A stretch of DNA of 64,000 bases from Octopus vulgaris (GCA_951406725.2 OX597815.1:34968001-35032000); one strand, 5' to 3'. Numbered from the stretch's first letter, positions 1-13,885 are shown. Made by a program: numbers and translations. Notes: a model not told the origin generated them from the letters alone.

Positions 1-129
1 TGTTTTCTAGTTTCATCTTTCTTATCAAATTTATTTCCCCTCCGTATTTTTCTATAAGTTTCATGTGTTTTTTGTTACAGTAAAAGTTCTTAAATCACTC
101 ATTAACCCTTCTAAACCTTCTTGATATTA

Positions 130-2205
130 AGCATGATGTCATCTGTTACTGCCTCTTTATAATAGACAGGGTCGACATGGTTGATGTAGGCCAGTTTTAA
201 CTTATGGAGCCCTTTTAGTCTTTGATTATACTTTGATGTACCCTCACCATCACTCCATCTTTAAAAATCCTATTATATCTTTATAATCAAAATATTAGGA
301 ATTGTATAAAAAAAATTATTAAAATATTTTGTATATTGTAAAAGTATAACAATTTTATTGGAGATAAATTTTAACAACAAAATCTGCAATTGAGAAGCAC
401 TGGACATTACCACCGGAATTTGAAATTTAACCAATAAATTTCTACGTCATCATAGCTTGTATACATTGCTTGTGTTTTATTTTAGCATTAAGCTGAGTTA
501 TTGTTATTGCATCTCATTAATCATCCATTTTTTATGATGAATTCTGTATAATATAGATGTGCTATCCATTGACGATCTTGTTTTGTTTTACGTTGTATGT
601 TACAGTGCATTGCTATTGCCTCTTGCTGTAAGTGCATAGTAATCCAGCAGAACAGTGTTGCACTTGTATGTCCAAAATAATAATTGGAATCGTGAAGCAT
701 ACAACTACCGATTTGCAATAATAGATAATATAACATATTATACATACATACATACATCTGATCTATTAGCCAACTGGTGAATTCATATATATATATATAT
801 ATATATATAGTTAATCCAAACAAGAAAACACAAAAAAACACAGCAACGCGAGGACGTGGAACAAATAAAGTGTTATTGGACGCTCAGGAAAGAAGAGAAG
901 AAGGAGGGTTCAACGTTTCGAGCGGAGCTCTTCGTCGGAAACAAAGGAGAACGGAAAGATCCCGAGAAGGGAAGACAGAGGAAAAAAAATACACAAATAT
1001 ACATACATGTACGTATGTATGTATATATGTAGTTTTCATGCTTATGGTTTGCCACTGATAAATATAATTTCCATTTTAGCGTTTTTGTTAGTATATAATC
1101 ACAAGCAATTTATATTTTGGTTATAATGTATTTTGTGTTCTGTTTCATGAAACTTTTGATAATGTATATACAGCTATTCTACAGTTAGTAAGCATTTGAT
1201 TTATTTAATACATATTATATGTGGTTTGTGTAGGTGGAATGTCTGATGTATTTGTTGCATTGTATTTCTTCCTGTATTGTTTAGTGACTTGGTCTATTAA
1301 TTTGGTAAAATACTCGATGTTGATTAGAATAATCTTTATTCTGCTTTTCTTTATCTGAGACTTCGATTATTGAGAAAAATCTAAATGTTCTTCTAAATGA
1401 CATTTTATATCTACAATATATTTGGTATCTAAAATCTAAATGATATTTTGCATCAGCGTGGAGATTTGCTGTCTCCATATATCTAGATGCAATTATTTGC
1501 GTGTTTGATAGAAATGGACGTGATTTATCTATTATTTTATATCAGAATGTTTTATGCCTAGAAATTGTGTCATTGTTTTGCTGGGAATTGTATTTCTGCT
1601 GTTCTACTGTTCTAAATGTTAAATCTTATTACGGATTATTTGTAGGGCTTTCTTTAATTTCTCGACATCTTCCGGTGTGTCCATAGCGATGAGTATATTG
1701 AATGTCTTGCACTGATGCCATTTTTCCCCATAGATGTCACGACCATAGATCCTAAAGGAGAAAGTGTGACGACTTCGTCATTGTGCATAGATAATTTATC
1801 TTGTGGACATTTCTATTGTACAAGACTAATAATTTCCTCGGTGTGTTAGTGGGTATCCGGTGGTTTATTTTGGGTTGTTTTTATACACTATTCAATATTA
1901 TTTCTTTTACTTTTGCTGCTGTAACGTTAGTAAACAGACTTTATACTTCAAAGGCAGGAATGCTGATTTCTTCTGAGATCTCCAGGAGCTCTTTGGAAAC
2001 TATATTTCTGTATGTGTATGTTTGCTAGTATTATCTAATTGTTTAGCGATCTTTTCTGTTACTATGTTTATTTGAAATATTATGAGCCTGAGGTAGTCGT
2101 TTCGTTTGTGTATTTTTACAGCTTCGTATATAGGTGCGGGGGCGAATTCTTCTTCAGAGTAGGTGAAATAGAGGCTTGTATTTCTGCGTTTATCGTCTAT
2201 CACCA
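130..2205 (-). mobile_element. Decayed Penelope-like element (RT + GIY-YIG endonuclease + decayed hammerhead)
   Basis: Minus-strand motifs: APIYEAVKIHKRNDYLRLII (RT start), FEV*SLFTNV, and a ..SPLGS.. remnant. GIY-YIG remnant NYYFGHTSATL..ITMHLQQ at ~560-745. Decayed core ctaaaag-ggct-ccata-agtt-aaaac at ~190-222. Interrupted at ~745-1050 and cut by a SINE at 2207. Confidence 0.8.
812..991 (-). mobile_element. Non-coding hammerhead-bearing repeat (diverged subfamily)
   Basis: Minus strand 942-908 reads gttt-CCGACGA-A-GAGC-tcc-GCTC-GAAA-CG-TT-gaac. Same layout as the copies at 20767, 22669 and 51301. Confidence 0.65.
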
Positions 2206-2206
2206 T

Positions 2207-2419
2207 ACTCTTTTACTCTTTTACTTGTTTCAGTCATTTGACTGTGGCCATGCTGGTGCACCGCCTTTAGTCGAGCAAATCGACCCCAGGACTTATTCTT
2301 TGTAAGCCTAGTACTTATTCTATCGGTCTCTTTTGCCGAACCGCTAAGTTACGGGGAACGCCAACACACCAGCATCGGTTGTCAATCGATGTTGGGGGGA
2401 TAAACACAGACACACAAAT

Positions 2420-2474
<55 letters not shown>

Positions 2475-2640
2475 TATACATACATACGACGGACTTCTTT
2501 CAGTTTCCGTCTACCAAATCCACTCACAAGGCTTTGGTCGGCCCGAGGCTATAGTAGAAGACATTTGCCTAAAATGTCACACAGTGGGACTGAACCCGGA
2601 ACCATGTGGTTGGTAAGCAGGCTACTTACCACACAACCAC
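2207..2640 (-). mobile_element. SINE family 1 (tRNA head, CORE-like domain, internal TA/TG microsatellite, LINE-derived tail)
   Basis: A box (tgtgtggtaag), B box (ggttcagtccc), CORE-like segment and (gtaaaaga)n tail. About 12 copies in the window. Confidence 0.92.
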
Positions 2641-2759
2641 AATAAATTCAATTCAAGTATTAGTGTGGTGAAATCATTAAGTAATAAAATTCTTTGTGTT
2701 ACCGAATAATTTAATTGTAGCAAGATATACGTGATTATAATTCCATTGGCTTTTGTCAT

Positions 2760-3060
2760 TCTTGTATATTGTCATTAGCTTTTAAATCATACATGGCTTA
2801 ATTTAAGTTTTGCTTTGAGTATTTGTTTATCGCCATAATATCCTCTGATTTTCTTTTATTTTGTGTTGAATGACGTAGTACATTGCAGTCGTTTTGCTTC
2901 TTATTGAATGTGCATGATAAGTCCGCAGAAGAGTATGGCTAATATAAGAGTTCAAGACGTGAAGATTACAACTTTCACGTTTGCAGTCGTATTTATAAAT
3001 AACGTTGCTCTTTGTTTGCTTGATTGCAGGTTTTGCATGATTCTGATGTGTTACTAATCC
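2760..3060 (-). mobile_element. Penelope-like GIY-YIG fragment
   Basis: SNVIYKYDCKRESCN...SYISHT, matching VIY..C..C..YIG.T. Confidence 0.7.
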
Positions 3061-3109
3061 CCCCACCAAAAAAAAAAAACAGGTTCTTAATTTCAGTACT
3101 TTTGTAGAA

Positions 3110-3510
3110 TATTGTCAATGTTCGAATATATGGTTAGATATAATGCATTTTGTATCACCAACCGGCTCATCATGCACTAACAACAAGACTCCATAGCAAT
3201 GCACTGCAACCAAAAAATACAAAAGAAACATTAGTAGACAACACATGTATATTTTTTAGAATTACCCTCAAAAATATACAATTTCTGAAGGAATCAATAT
3301 TCATAGCACAAAAGAATGCTAAAATAAGCATACAGACAACATATACTGCTCTCAGGCAAAAATGAAATACTTAATTGATGATGTATAAATTAAAATTTCG
3401 AATTCTCGCAGTAATATCTACACCAGTCATATTGACACGGCCTGTCTTCCGTTAAGAGGCAGCGGTACACGACAACATCACTTCATTTTTACGATGAGGG
3501 TATGAACCTC
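3110..3510 (+). mobile_element. Penelope-like GIY-YIG C-terminal fragment
   Basis: NRLIMH*QQDSIAMHC..ETLVDNTCI..KESIFIAQKNAKISIQ, similar to the fragment at 560-700. Confidence 0.65.
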
Positions 3511-5026
3511 TACAAATATTAAAGATGGGTTTAGGAACTTTACTCATAAGAAACTATGGGGTAATCTTGATAAAAAGATAAAACTAGAGTACAGTTTTAC
3601 ATGTATACAAGAGAGAGGGGGTGAGGGAGGGAGGGCGAGAGGGGTAGAGAGATAGAAAGACAGGGAAAGAAAAAAGAAAAAAGAAAAAACGATCAATAGG
3701 GATCGTGTATCACAGAAATGTCATGATGTAAAGTGTAAAGGGGGAAGCAGATAAGGTTTATCCGTGGAAAGAAAAGCCTACGGAAAAGACCACGGTAACC
3801 TCGGTCAATGGTGTTACATGTTACCACATTTGTTTGCAAGTAGGTAACCCTTTGTTTTAATTTTTTCCGGGTCCATAGAGATAGAAAGACAGATAGATTG
3901 ACAGATAAATAGATAGATTGATAGATAGATAGATATAAGAATTATATATATGTATATATATATATATATATATACATATATACACACATATACATACATA
4001 CGCACGCACACACACACATACACACACACACATGCTTTCATACGTTTGGTCGAAGTCTTTAAAGTGCGTTAAGATATTTATGTGCCGTGATTGAATCTAC
4101 ACCCAGGTTTCGCATAATTAGCTTTAGAGAAGGAGCTGATAATTGATCATCAACAGAAAAGCGAAAAAAAGGAGACCACTGATGTTTGACCTATACGAAC
4201 ACACACAAACACAAACACACATACATACACATACACATACGCACACACACACACACACCAATTTATATATACATATACTGACACGCGCATACATAAGCAC
4301 GCAAATCTATATACACATATTTATATCTACACACATGCGTTTTCATACGATTCTCTTATCCTTTATGATTGCAAATTCGACATCGTCTCTTCTGTAATTA
4401 TCACTGATTGCATCATTAAATATTTAATTAAATTTAAATGTAATTAGAATATCTTATTAGAAGTGTAACCGTTTTGATTGGACAATCTGTATAAATCATA
4501 TTTCATATTCATATTCATAAACAAACTTTCAGATCCCTATGCTAATACTGTCTATCCTAGAGCTAATTTCATTAATATTTCTGCCCAGAGCTATTCCATA
4601 ATGATTTCTCGAATCTAATTACATCTACAGTTAGTAGAGAGATACTGGTTGCGCTCTCTTACTTGCTCACTGTTCAGTCTTGTTGATATTCGGGTAGAAA
4701 GATCTGTATACTTTGATGGTTGAAGACAATTAAGCATTTAGGCTAATTTTTCTTTAATGGGCTTGTCATTCACGATTGACAATATTAAAGTTTTAACATC
4801 GCCTGATGTCTTCTTAACTTTGTTTATCGTAACAACTTTTATACACCTTTGTACCGCTACTGCTGAATGGGAAGAACTGTAGATAGTTCACTCTCGTATA
4901 GTTTGAAGTCCCGTGAATATTTTGTTAATTACCATTGTGATCATATTCAATAGTAAAAAGTAATTTTACTTTACAGCTGTCATTAATTTTTGAGAACTTA
5001 TAATGAGATAAGCTATAAATATGAAG

Positions 5027-5398
5027 GCGTCCCCAAAGTCCATCCCCCCTCACCGTGGTGGGGACGCTGGCAACGGGTAGTGTCAGAGCTATGCCGTCGG
5101 GAACTTCGGTTCCTGGTAGGGCCACCCAAGGCGGATTGGTCTGACACCGAGTGGTATTAGTGCCACAACCCGGCAACCTGGTGAAAATCCTCGGAGTGTC
5201 TGCTTCGGCAACCGGCGGCTCCTCGGTCACTCTGTCCCTGCGTCTGCAGACAATCTGCGGCAAACAGGATGTCTCCACATGCGGGATTGTTGGGGACCGC
5301 TTGTGAAACCCACATATTCCCACGAAACTTCTTCCATGAGTAGAAGAAGCCGACCCAACCCGCCCAGGGTGAATGTCGCCACAAGTACAAGTAAGTAG
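5027..5398 (+). mobile_element. Complete 372-bp non-autonomous RTE-derived element (RTE 5'-UTR domain + RTE-like 3' tail)
   Basis: Perfect 11-bp TSD taaatatgaag at 5016-5026 and 5399-5409. GC-rich island. Motif gagctatgccg..tagggccacccaag recalls the BovB/RTE 5' UTR. Tail acaagtacaagtaagtag. Confidence 0.8.
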
Positions 5399-5409
5399 TA
5401 AATATGAAG

Positions 5410-7498
5410 CAGTTTTCAAAAACTGAATCTCCTACTGGATCAAAATGAACTCCACTTCTTAAGAAATGGACAGCGATGAACTGCAATTGGCTAAGATTAT
5501 TTACTCATCGGCATTTGAATGGTATTGTGAACGACTGTCTAAAAAGAATGCGGAGCTTTCCGCTTTCACGTAGATGGAAGGCAATTTACTTAACCCAAAT
5601 CCGCGAGTTAAACACTCTTGAAAGCAATATCTTACACAAGTCAACAAAAGATTTCCATCGGAAGTTATTTTGGATGGACCAGAAAATATTCTTGATATTG
5701 ATTCCAGAACTATCTTTTGGATTTTCAGTAGTACGAATGATTTTTGTAATTATTCATTGTTTGATTGTTTGTTCGTTTTCTTTTCTTTTTTTTTTCATAA
5801 TTGCGATTAGAATGTAGCAAGAAAGAATCGCAAAATGGATTCTTCAAATCTTTCCAACAGCAATCATAATGAACAAAAATATTTTGTAATTAACATACCA
5901 GTTGCTTTCGTTAGGATCCTATGGAGGAGGTGTCTGAAAACTCTACCACACCCATACGAATAGTGGGCGGAAAAGACTGATGCAATATTCATAATATATA
6001 GAGAGCAAAGAGTTCTCTACTGACTGCTATTTTTGTACTGTTAACGTAACTGGGTTTATTTAAACCTATAATCCAGCACACAGATCAGTTCAACATAACG
6101 AAGCAATACCGGTTTTCCCTTTTTCGTAAACGAGGGACTAGCTCCATGGACAATGAAATGGACAGTGATGAAGTGCTTAATTGGTTAAGATTATTTACTC
6201 ATCAGCATTTGAATGGTATTGTGAAAGACTGTCTAAAGAGAATGCGGAGCTTTCCGCTTTCACGCAGATGGAAGCCAATTTACTTCACCCAAATCCGCGA
6301 GTTAAACACTATTGAAAGCAAATTTTACCTTACTAATAAGCTTTACAGTAGATGTTCCATTCTGCTATTGTAATGACACCAATGAAACATTGAAATTTCG
6401 TCATAGATACATATACTGACTTGCACCTTTTCATTTATTCACAAAATTTGCCAGAAATGCTACTGCATAAAGGGAAAGTAAAGTCATGTGCCCTCATTGC
6501 CCACTCACTCTTATTTTATGGATATATTGTATGACACCATTGAATATTAGTTTATCAAGAGAATATTTGTGGAAATCTCAAAGTTACTGGTATGCTGATT
6601 ACAAAATACTTTTGTTCATTATATCTATAGAATAGCGATACGTGCCTGGTCACTATAATCAATATATATTTAAAGAAAGACCAGTATCCAATTTCTAATT
6701 TGAGCTAACCTAAAGAAGATATTTGGTACAGTTAGTAATTTTGTTAAAGTAGTGGGTGGATTCAGTCTAAGAGCATTTCGATACATTTCTAAAAATACTC
6801 CTAAATCTGAGTAATGCAAAATTAAAGGAGGGAATCTTAGTGGCGCTGCAAATGAAGCAGATTATGGAAGATACTAACTTCGAAGATTACCTTCAACACA
6901 CTGAAATTAAAATGCTTGACGGACTTTTAAATGGTTAAGCAAAATCATTCTGTGGAATAATGATTCCTGTATATAAAGGTAAGAACCTTTTTAATATCTG
7001 TAAAGGCATGGCCAGTCTAACGTCGTCAAAATTATATTTCTTGCATTCTCATCTAGATTTCTTTCCAGAAAATCTTGGTGTAGTATGTGAGGAACAAGGA
7101 AGGCATAATTGGTAACTCCTAGTGATCACCCAGATCAAGTTTACAAAAGAAAATCATATTCATAGCACCTTAAAAAACATATAATATATATTCTTAAATT
7201 ACAGATGTATTTAATTGAAAAAATGATATAAAAATAAAATTAAAGTTAATTATATAGGAATTAATCAGTCAACTCTACGCTGTGCTGCTTAAGAAATAAA
7301 CAATTTCCGTTTCAAATATTATTTAGTATATCTTAAATACAAATAAATTTCAGAAGAAGAAAGTTGTTATATTTTTAAAAAACCTAGACATACTAAAGAA
7401 AAACTAAAGGTATATTTGCAATTAGGGTCCCAAACACATTCAGAAAAGATTAATTTTATTTCAATTGAAAATAAACCGCGTACACTATGTTGACCAGT
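5410..7498 (+). mobile_element. Decayed DNA transposon, Chapaev(3)/CMC-like transposase and 3' terminus, with a duplicated internal segment
   Basis: Motifs TDCYFCTVNVTGF, LSNAKLKEGILV and KLYFLHSHLDFFPENLGVVCEEQG. Terminus tgttgaccagt(c) resembles a ...CAGTG end. Segment 5466-5628 repeats 6156-6320. Superfamily named from memory. Confidence 0.72.
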
Positions 7499-7774
7499 CA
7501 TATATTACATACTGATTCAACTTAATCTTTGTCTGAAATTAACACAGCTGGTCACGAAAATGAACTTCCGGCCTTTCGACTGTGGCTTCAGTCAATTGTA
7601 GTTGCGTAACTTCAAACTCGCGGTATTTCTTTTAATTATTCAACAATTTATGACGAGAAGCAAACCTCAGAAAATTAATATTAATTAGCTGTAACGGTTA
7701 TGTTCCTATTTTTTTATGTGAATTATATTTAAGGCATTTACAAATACAGCCTAAGACACTGAAAAAAGAACAGA

Positions 7775-7850
7775 ACCGTTCACGGGTATCAAATCGCACA
7801 TCTACTGTTTGCCAGGTGATCGTGTTACCGATTTCACTAAATGAGGTCTG
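7775..7850 (-). mobile_element. Degenerate tRNA-like SINE head
   Basis: Minus strand gacctcatttagtgaaatcggtaacacg..cctggcaa..gatttgatacccg shows A/B-box spacing, but the stems are broken. Confidence 0.3.
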
Positions 7851-8967
7851 CCAATTCCATCTGTCAAATTAACAGATTAAATCTTGTTTCACTCCCTTTT
7901 TATTCTTAAAAATAGGCCAGCAAAAGTGCAAGTATATTCAGCTGAACGTTCATTGTCGATTAATAATTACCCTAACTTGGATTTTAGTCCGATGTAAATA
8001 GGAACAAGAAAATTAGGCAATTAGACCGAATCCAAGCCATCGTCTTATTCCAAATTTATATAAAATTTGAGCGATGGATCTTATGAGGAAGATTACGAAT
8101 GCGGTTAATGAGTATCAAAATCTTTCTGATTACATATTACGCAATAGTGTTATCTCATCCAAAGCAATCTCACATCCTAAGTGCATTTGTCATTAATTCT
8201 TAACATGCATTCGTTTTAATTTGATTTTCACAATAGCTCATCGCAAAATCCAATAACATTCTAATCAGTTAAAAATATTTTTGAGGATTTTCACTTGAAG
8301 ATTTTCATAGACAGTGAAGGCATAAAAGGCAATGAAAAAGTGATTCTTGCCAATAGTAGCATTATCGTTTTAAACGACGTAAGATTCTAGTTATTTCTTC
8401 CGTCAGCACATCATATTTAAACCCGTTTGATTGATAGTTGCAATTCGAAACGTTTCATTATATATATATATATATATTTTTTATTCCAGTTTCATTCTCG
8501 TGTTATTTTAACAAATTAATCTCGTAAATCAAATTAAACTGTACACCCAATCCATCTGCTGACTCCTAGTCTGTTTTAGTACTCTGTTCAGCGTTAAGCG
8601 TTTTTAAATTTTGCTGACTTGCCATTAAATTCACCCGAGAAAAATTTGAAAATCCGGCTTTAAATTTTCTTCAGGTTTTACAATTCTACAGCAATGTTAT
8701 ATCATCAGCATTCTTTTTATTTTGCTGTTAAGCTATTGTTCCTTCTTTGATTAAAATTTTTACGAAAAGCAAATGGAGGAATACGGAAAATCAACCGATA
8801 TTTTGACAGAATATCTCGCTGACACTGCGAGAAAGAGAGCAAAATATATAAAGTGCATGCGTCTTTTGTTTTGTTTCTTCTTTCTTATGAGAATGAGATG
8901 ATTTTGAAAAGATTAAGCGGAAATCAAACTAGTTCAATGCGCATCTTTTAGCGAACGACACAAACAC

Positions 8968-9007
<40 letters not shown>

Positions 9008-9044
9008 CGATCAATGATGATGATGATCATCATCGTCATCATCA

Positions 9045-9121
<77 letters not shown>

Positions 9122-9125
9122 TCAA

Positions 9126-9212
9126 AGCAGTGAGCCGGCAGAATCGTTAGTACGCTGCATGAAGTGCTTAGCAGTATTTTGCCCGTCGCTACATTCTGAG
9201 TTTAAATTCCGC
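9126..9212 (+). mobile_element. SINE family 2 head fragment (second fragment at 9778-9841)
   Basis: gcagtgagccggcagaatcgttagtacgc...ttctgagtttaaattccgc matches the head of the full copy at 49567. Confidence 0.75.
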
Positions 9213-9348
9213 TGTGAGGTGTTGGGTAGAGTGGCTTGTAGAGCGCAGAAGTGACGGGTGACAGAAGTATTTTTCTGTAGGCGGGTATATATATATATAT
9301 ATATAAAAAAAAGAGAAAAAAACACAGCAACGCAGGACGTATTATATT

Positions 9349-9401
<53 letters not shown>

Positions 9402-9411
9402 AAATGTAATA

Positions 9412-9517
9412 TGTGACAATTATTCGGTAGCCATGATAAAACTCCGAGTATGTCGGGGCGGAAACTATATCTCTTCATTATCGGGCCATCGAAAAAATGC
9501 TATGAAAATGACCGTTA
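9412..9517 (+). repeat. Unclassified repeat end beginning TGTGACAATTATTCGG (second copy 10114-10232)
   Basis: Two similar ~105-120 bp copies, each starting with TG at or near the end of a (TA)n run. Confidence 0.7.
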
Positions 9518-9581
9518 AACAAAGGGAAATTACTGTGTTATTACTGTTATCAAGACAAAAGAGTTATTAGAATATCTCCCC

Positions 9582-9641
<60 letters not shown>

Positions 9642-10072
9642 ATATACATACACACACACATATATATCGAAAATGCTATTTTTTTATTATTTTAAATTTC
9701 ATATATAGGGATTTCATCATTTGAATTTTTCTTCTACGGATGAAGAGCAAACCTATCATACTCAAATTACTCAAATGCGCAGTGAGGCCGGCAGAATCGT
9801 TAATACGCTGCATGAAATGCTTAGCAGTATTTCACCCGTCGTATATGGAGCCTCCACTTGTAGAAAATGGAAATAAACAGTCTCTGACTGCCATTTCTAA
9901 TTCTTTTCGGTATGCGGCAGAGCAACCTGTTGCCTGCCCTTTTAATTATATACTACTATATATACTGAACTCTACAGAAGTTCCAGACGCTAAAAGTCAT
10001 ATTTACATATCGAAATTTACCGGTAAATAATTGTTGGTTGTCTAAAAAACCACTGAAAAAAATTATTTACCC

Positions 10073-10116
<44 letters not shown>

Positions 10117-10284
10117 GACAATTATTCGGTAGCCATGATAAAAATCCGAGTTTCTGATATCGGGGCGGAAACCCACGCCGGCATCTCTTCAGTTATCGGA
10201 CCATCAGAAAAAATGCTTTGAAAATGACCGTTACTACTTTTGCTCATTAAGCCCATTTATAACTTAACTGGATTTCTTAATATA

Positions 10285-10457
10285 GGCGTAGGAGTGGCTG
10301 TATGGTAAGTAGCTTGCTTACCAACCATATGGTTCCAGGTTCAGTCTCACTGCTTGGCACCTTGGGCAAGTGTATTCTACTATAGCCTCGGGCCGATATA
10401 AGCCTTGTGAGTGGATTTGGTAGGCGGAAACTGAAAGAAGCTCGTCGTATATATGTA

Positions 10458-10536
<79 letters not shown>

Positions 10537-10755
10537 ATGTATATGTTTGTGCGTCTGTGTTTGTCCCCCCAACATCGCTTGACAACCGATGCTGATGTGT
10601 TGGCGTTCCCCGTAACTTAGCGGTTCGGCAAAAGAGACCGATAAAATAAGTACTAGGCTTACAAAGAATAAGTCCTGGGGTCGATTTGCTCGACTAAAGG
10701 CGGTGCTCCAGCATGGTCACAGTCAAATGACTGAAACAAGTAAAAGATTAAAAGA
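10285..10755 (+). mobile_element. SINE family 1, full length
   Basis: Runs from ggcgtaggagtggctg head through internal (TA)n to gtaaaagattaaaaga tail. Confidence 0.93.
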
Positions 10756-11345
10756 ACACGTCTAGTTTTATTCGTAATGTCTTTTTTCGTTGAAACATTC
10801 CATTACATTGCATAATTTACGTTTTCTTTTTTTCGCTATAAACTTAGCTTCTTCGTTGATGTCATTGTAACGTTTCATGTTGTTATTTTTTCTTTTAAAA
10901 TCTCTTAGTTACATTGTCAATTAACAAGTTCTTGTTTGTGTCACTGTCCATTCTGTAGATATGTTGTAAGTTTTATTTCTGGAGGATTCATTTCTTTTTT
11001 TTTATGGTTTTGCGAAGCAAATTTCGACAAACATTCAGTACGTTGGAAAACTTGTATTCTTCATACTTCTAACTTTCTTCGAATAGTTGTTAGGTCTTTA
11101 ATTCAAGGGATATACACACACACGAAGGCACGCACACACACGCGCACGCGCATGCATATATATACACATATATGCATTTGTGCGCGTGTGTATGCATATA
11201 TATATATTTATGAATATATGTATATGCATATATGTATGTATGTGTGTATATACGTATATATATGCGTATATATGCATATATATAAATGCACACGCATGCG
11301 TGCATGCACGCATACATACACACATACACACACTCACACACATGC

Positions 11346-11394
<49 letters not shown>

Positions 11395-13006
11395 TATATA
11401 CATTGTCATACATACATATACATATATATAAATACATGAATATATGCATATATACATGCACGCACATACTCACACACACACACACACACACCGTCATATA
11501 TATAAATGTGTGCTCTCACGAATTCTTGTAAATGTTATCCTTTTAAATTTTACATACGAACAATTTCATTTGCTTTAGTGAAAGAGAATCGTGCTACGAA
11601 AACTAACATTTACCAATGCCATAATTAATCAAAGACAACTGCAGGAGTCATTTCCTTACGTGCAAGCAATGTTGTTCTCTATTGTTTACTTCAAACCTGA
11701 AGTTTACGTATTGTTAACTATGATAAACCAGTTCATCTTAAAATGTTATACACAAACTGGTGTTGTTTTAAATAATAAGACACTTAAAACTCCATTAATA
11801 ATATTATTTTGTAAATTACATACGTAAACGAGGTAGACTTTACGTGGTGACATTAATAGCCTGAAATCTATTTTAGATATCTTAGATATCTTCCAAACCA
11901 CAACGGAGTTAAAAAAATTGAGGGATGGACTCATTATTGGATATTATAGTTTCAATATACTACGTCTGAAATAACAGACGACATTCTCATGGCTGGAAAT
12001 CCTTTTGGCCTGTTCTGAGGCTAAACGACAACAACAACGACGCCAACAGTAACAACAAGAACCACAGCAACAATAGCAACAACAGTAAAATCATATGATG
12101 CCATAAATTCAAAGCAATCCTGCTAAATAATGATATTAAGTGCATTATATTATTGATATCAATGATACAACTAAGGAAACTTTCCACATTGTAAATACAC
12201 ATTGCCTACGGTTTCAAATTTGTAGTTTCGTGAGTTGAAAAAAGTCGTCTGTTAACTAAGATTGTAATTAGTGCACAAGTACTAATTAATTAGTGCACAA
12301 GTACTCCCTCTATGAGATCTTAAATCTTAAACACAATAAGGAAGGGAGATAATTCCAAGAGTTAGTGAATTAAATATTTTTTGGAAAATATAGAAAGGTT
12401 GTATAAGAGAGGATCTGATCTTTCAGCCAACTGGCGAATTAATATTCGTAATCATTGTCACTATATTTAATAGACATACATATATATATATATATATACA
12501 AATATACATACAGGTATACATACATACTTACGTACGTACGTACATACATACATACACACATACATACACATACATATATACATGCATACATACATTGATA
12601 CACACATACATACATATATACATACATACATACATACATACATACATACATACATACATACGCACATACATACATATTTACATACATACATACATACATA
12701 CATAAATACATACAAACATACATACACAGACAAGCATGCACACATACACACACCTATGTATGCATATGTGTACGTATGTATGTACGTATGTATGTATGTA
12801 TGTATGTATGTATGTATGTATGTATGTATGTATGTATGTATGTATACAATTGAAATACAGTGACACAATTATATATATCAATAACAATTTCCCAGTTGGT
12901 TTTACGATTCAGATACTCTCTAGTTCAACTCTACAATATTTTCAAAACAGAAAAGAAATGGAGGAAAGAAAGAAAGATTTGCAGAGAAAAAAAATATCTA
13001 AAATCT

Positions 13007-13208
13007 GCTGTGTAGTAAGACGCTTGCTTCCTAACCATATGATTCCGGGTTCAGTCCCACCGCATGGCATCTTGGCCTTGTGTCTTCTGCTATAGCCTCA
13101 GGCCGACCAAAGCCATGTGAGTGAACTTGGTAGACGAAACTGAAAATATCCCGTCGTATATATATGTGTGTGTGTGTTTGTGTGTGTTTATGTGCGTGCG
13201 TGTGTGTG

Positions 13209-13266
<58 letters not shown>

Positions 13267-13487
13267 TTGGTGTCTGTGTTTGCCTCGCGCCACTGCTTGA
13301 CAACCAGTGTCGGTGTGCTTACGTCCCTGTAACTTAGCGGTTCGGCAAAAGACACCTATAGAATAAGTACCAGGCTTAGCAAACAAAATTAAATACTGCG
13401 GTCTATTCATTCGACTAAATTTTTTTCCAAGATTGTGATCCAGCATGGCCGCAATTTAATGACTATAAAACAAACAAAAGATAAAAA
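13007..13487 (+). mobile_element. SINE family 1, older copy
   Basis: Same head, core and tail order, with internal (TG)n. Confidence 0.88.
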
Positions 13488-13853
13488 ATTAGGAAGCAAA
13501 AACAAAACCTCACTCAAGGTGTGTTTAAAATCGAAAAAACGAACGAAGAAGGAAGGAAACTTCAGTAAAATCACTTTATTGAACTTTTTGCAAATTAAAG
13601 ATATGATACAGGATTTGATCTTTAAAGCAATTGATGAAAGCAGTAGGAATATTCCGGGTTTATTAAACCTCTTCAGTGCCTCCTATTCTCCTTATTCTGC
13701 TAAGAGTAATCTATCTTGCTAGCCATCCATCCATCCATCCATCCATTCATTCATCTACCCATGCACCCATCCATCCATCCATCCATCCATCCATCCATCC
13801 ATCCACCCATCCATCCATCCATCCATCCATCCATACATACATACATACATACA

Positions 13854-13885
<32 letters not shown>

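Noticed and set aside
4925-5486. 164-aa and 109-aa minus-strand ORFs in a GC-rich island
   Set aside because: They span a TSD-bounded non-coding insertion and are open only because of high GC.
12266-12305. 22-bp tandem duplication taattagtgcacaagtact
   Set aside because: Ordinary slippage duplication with no further structure.
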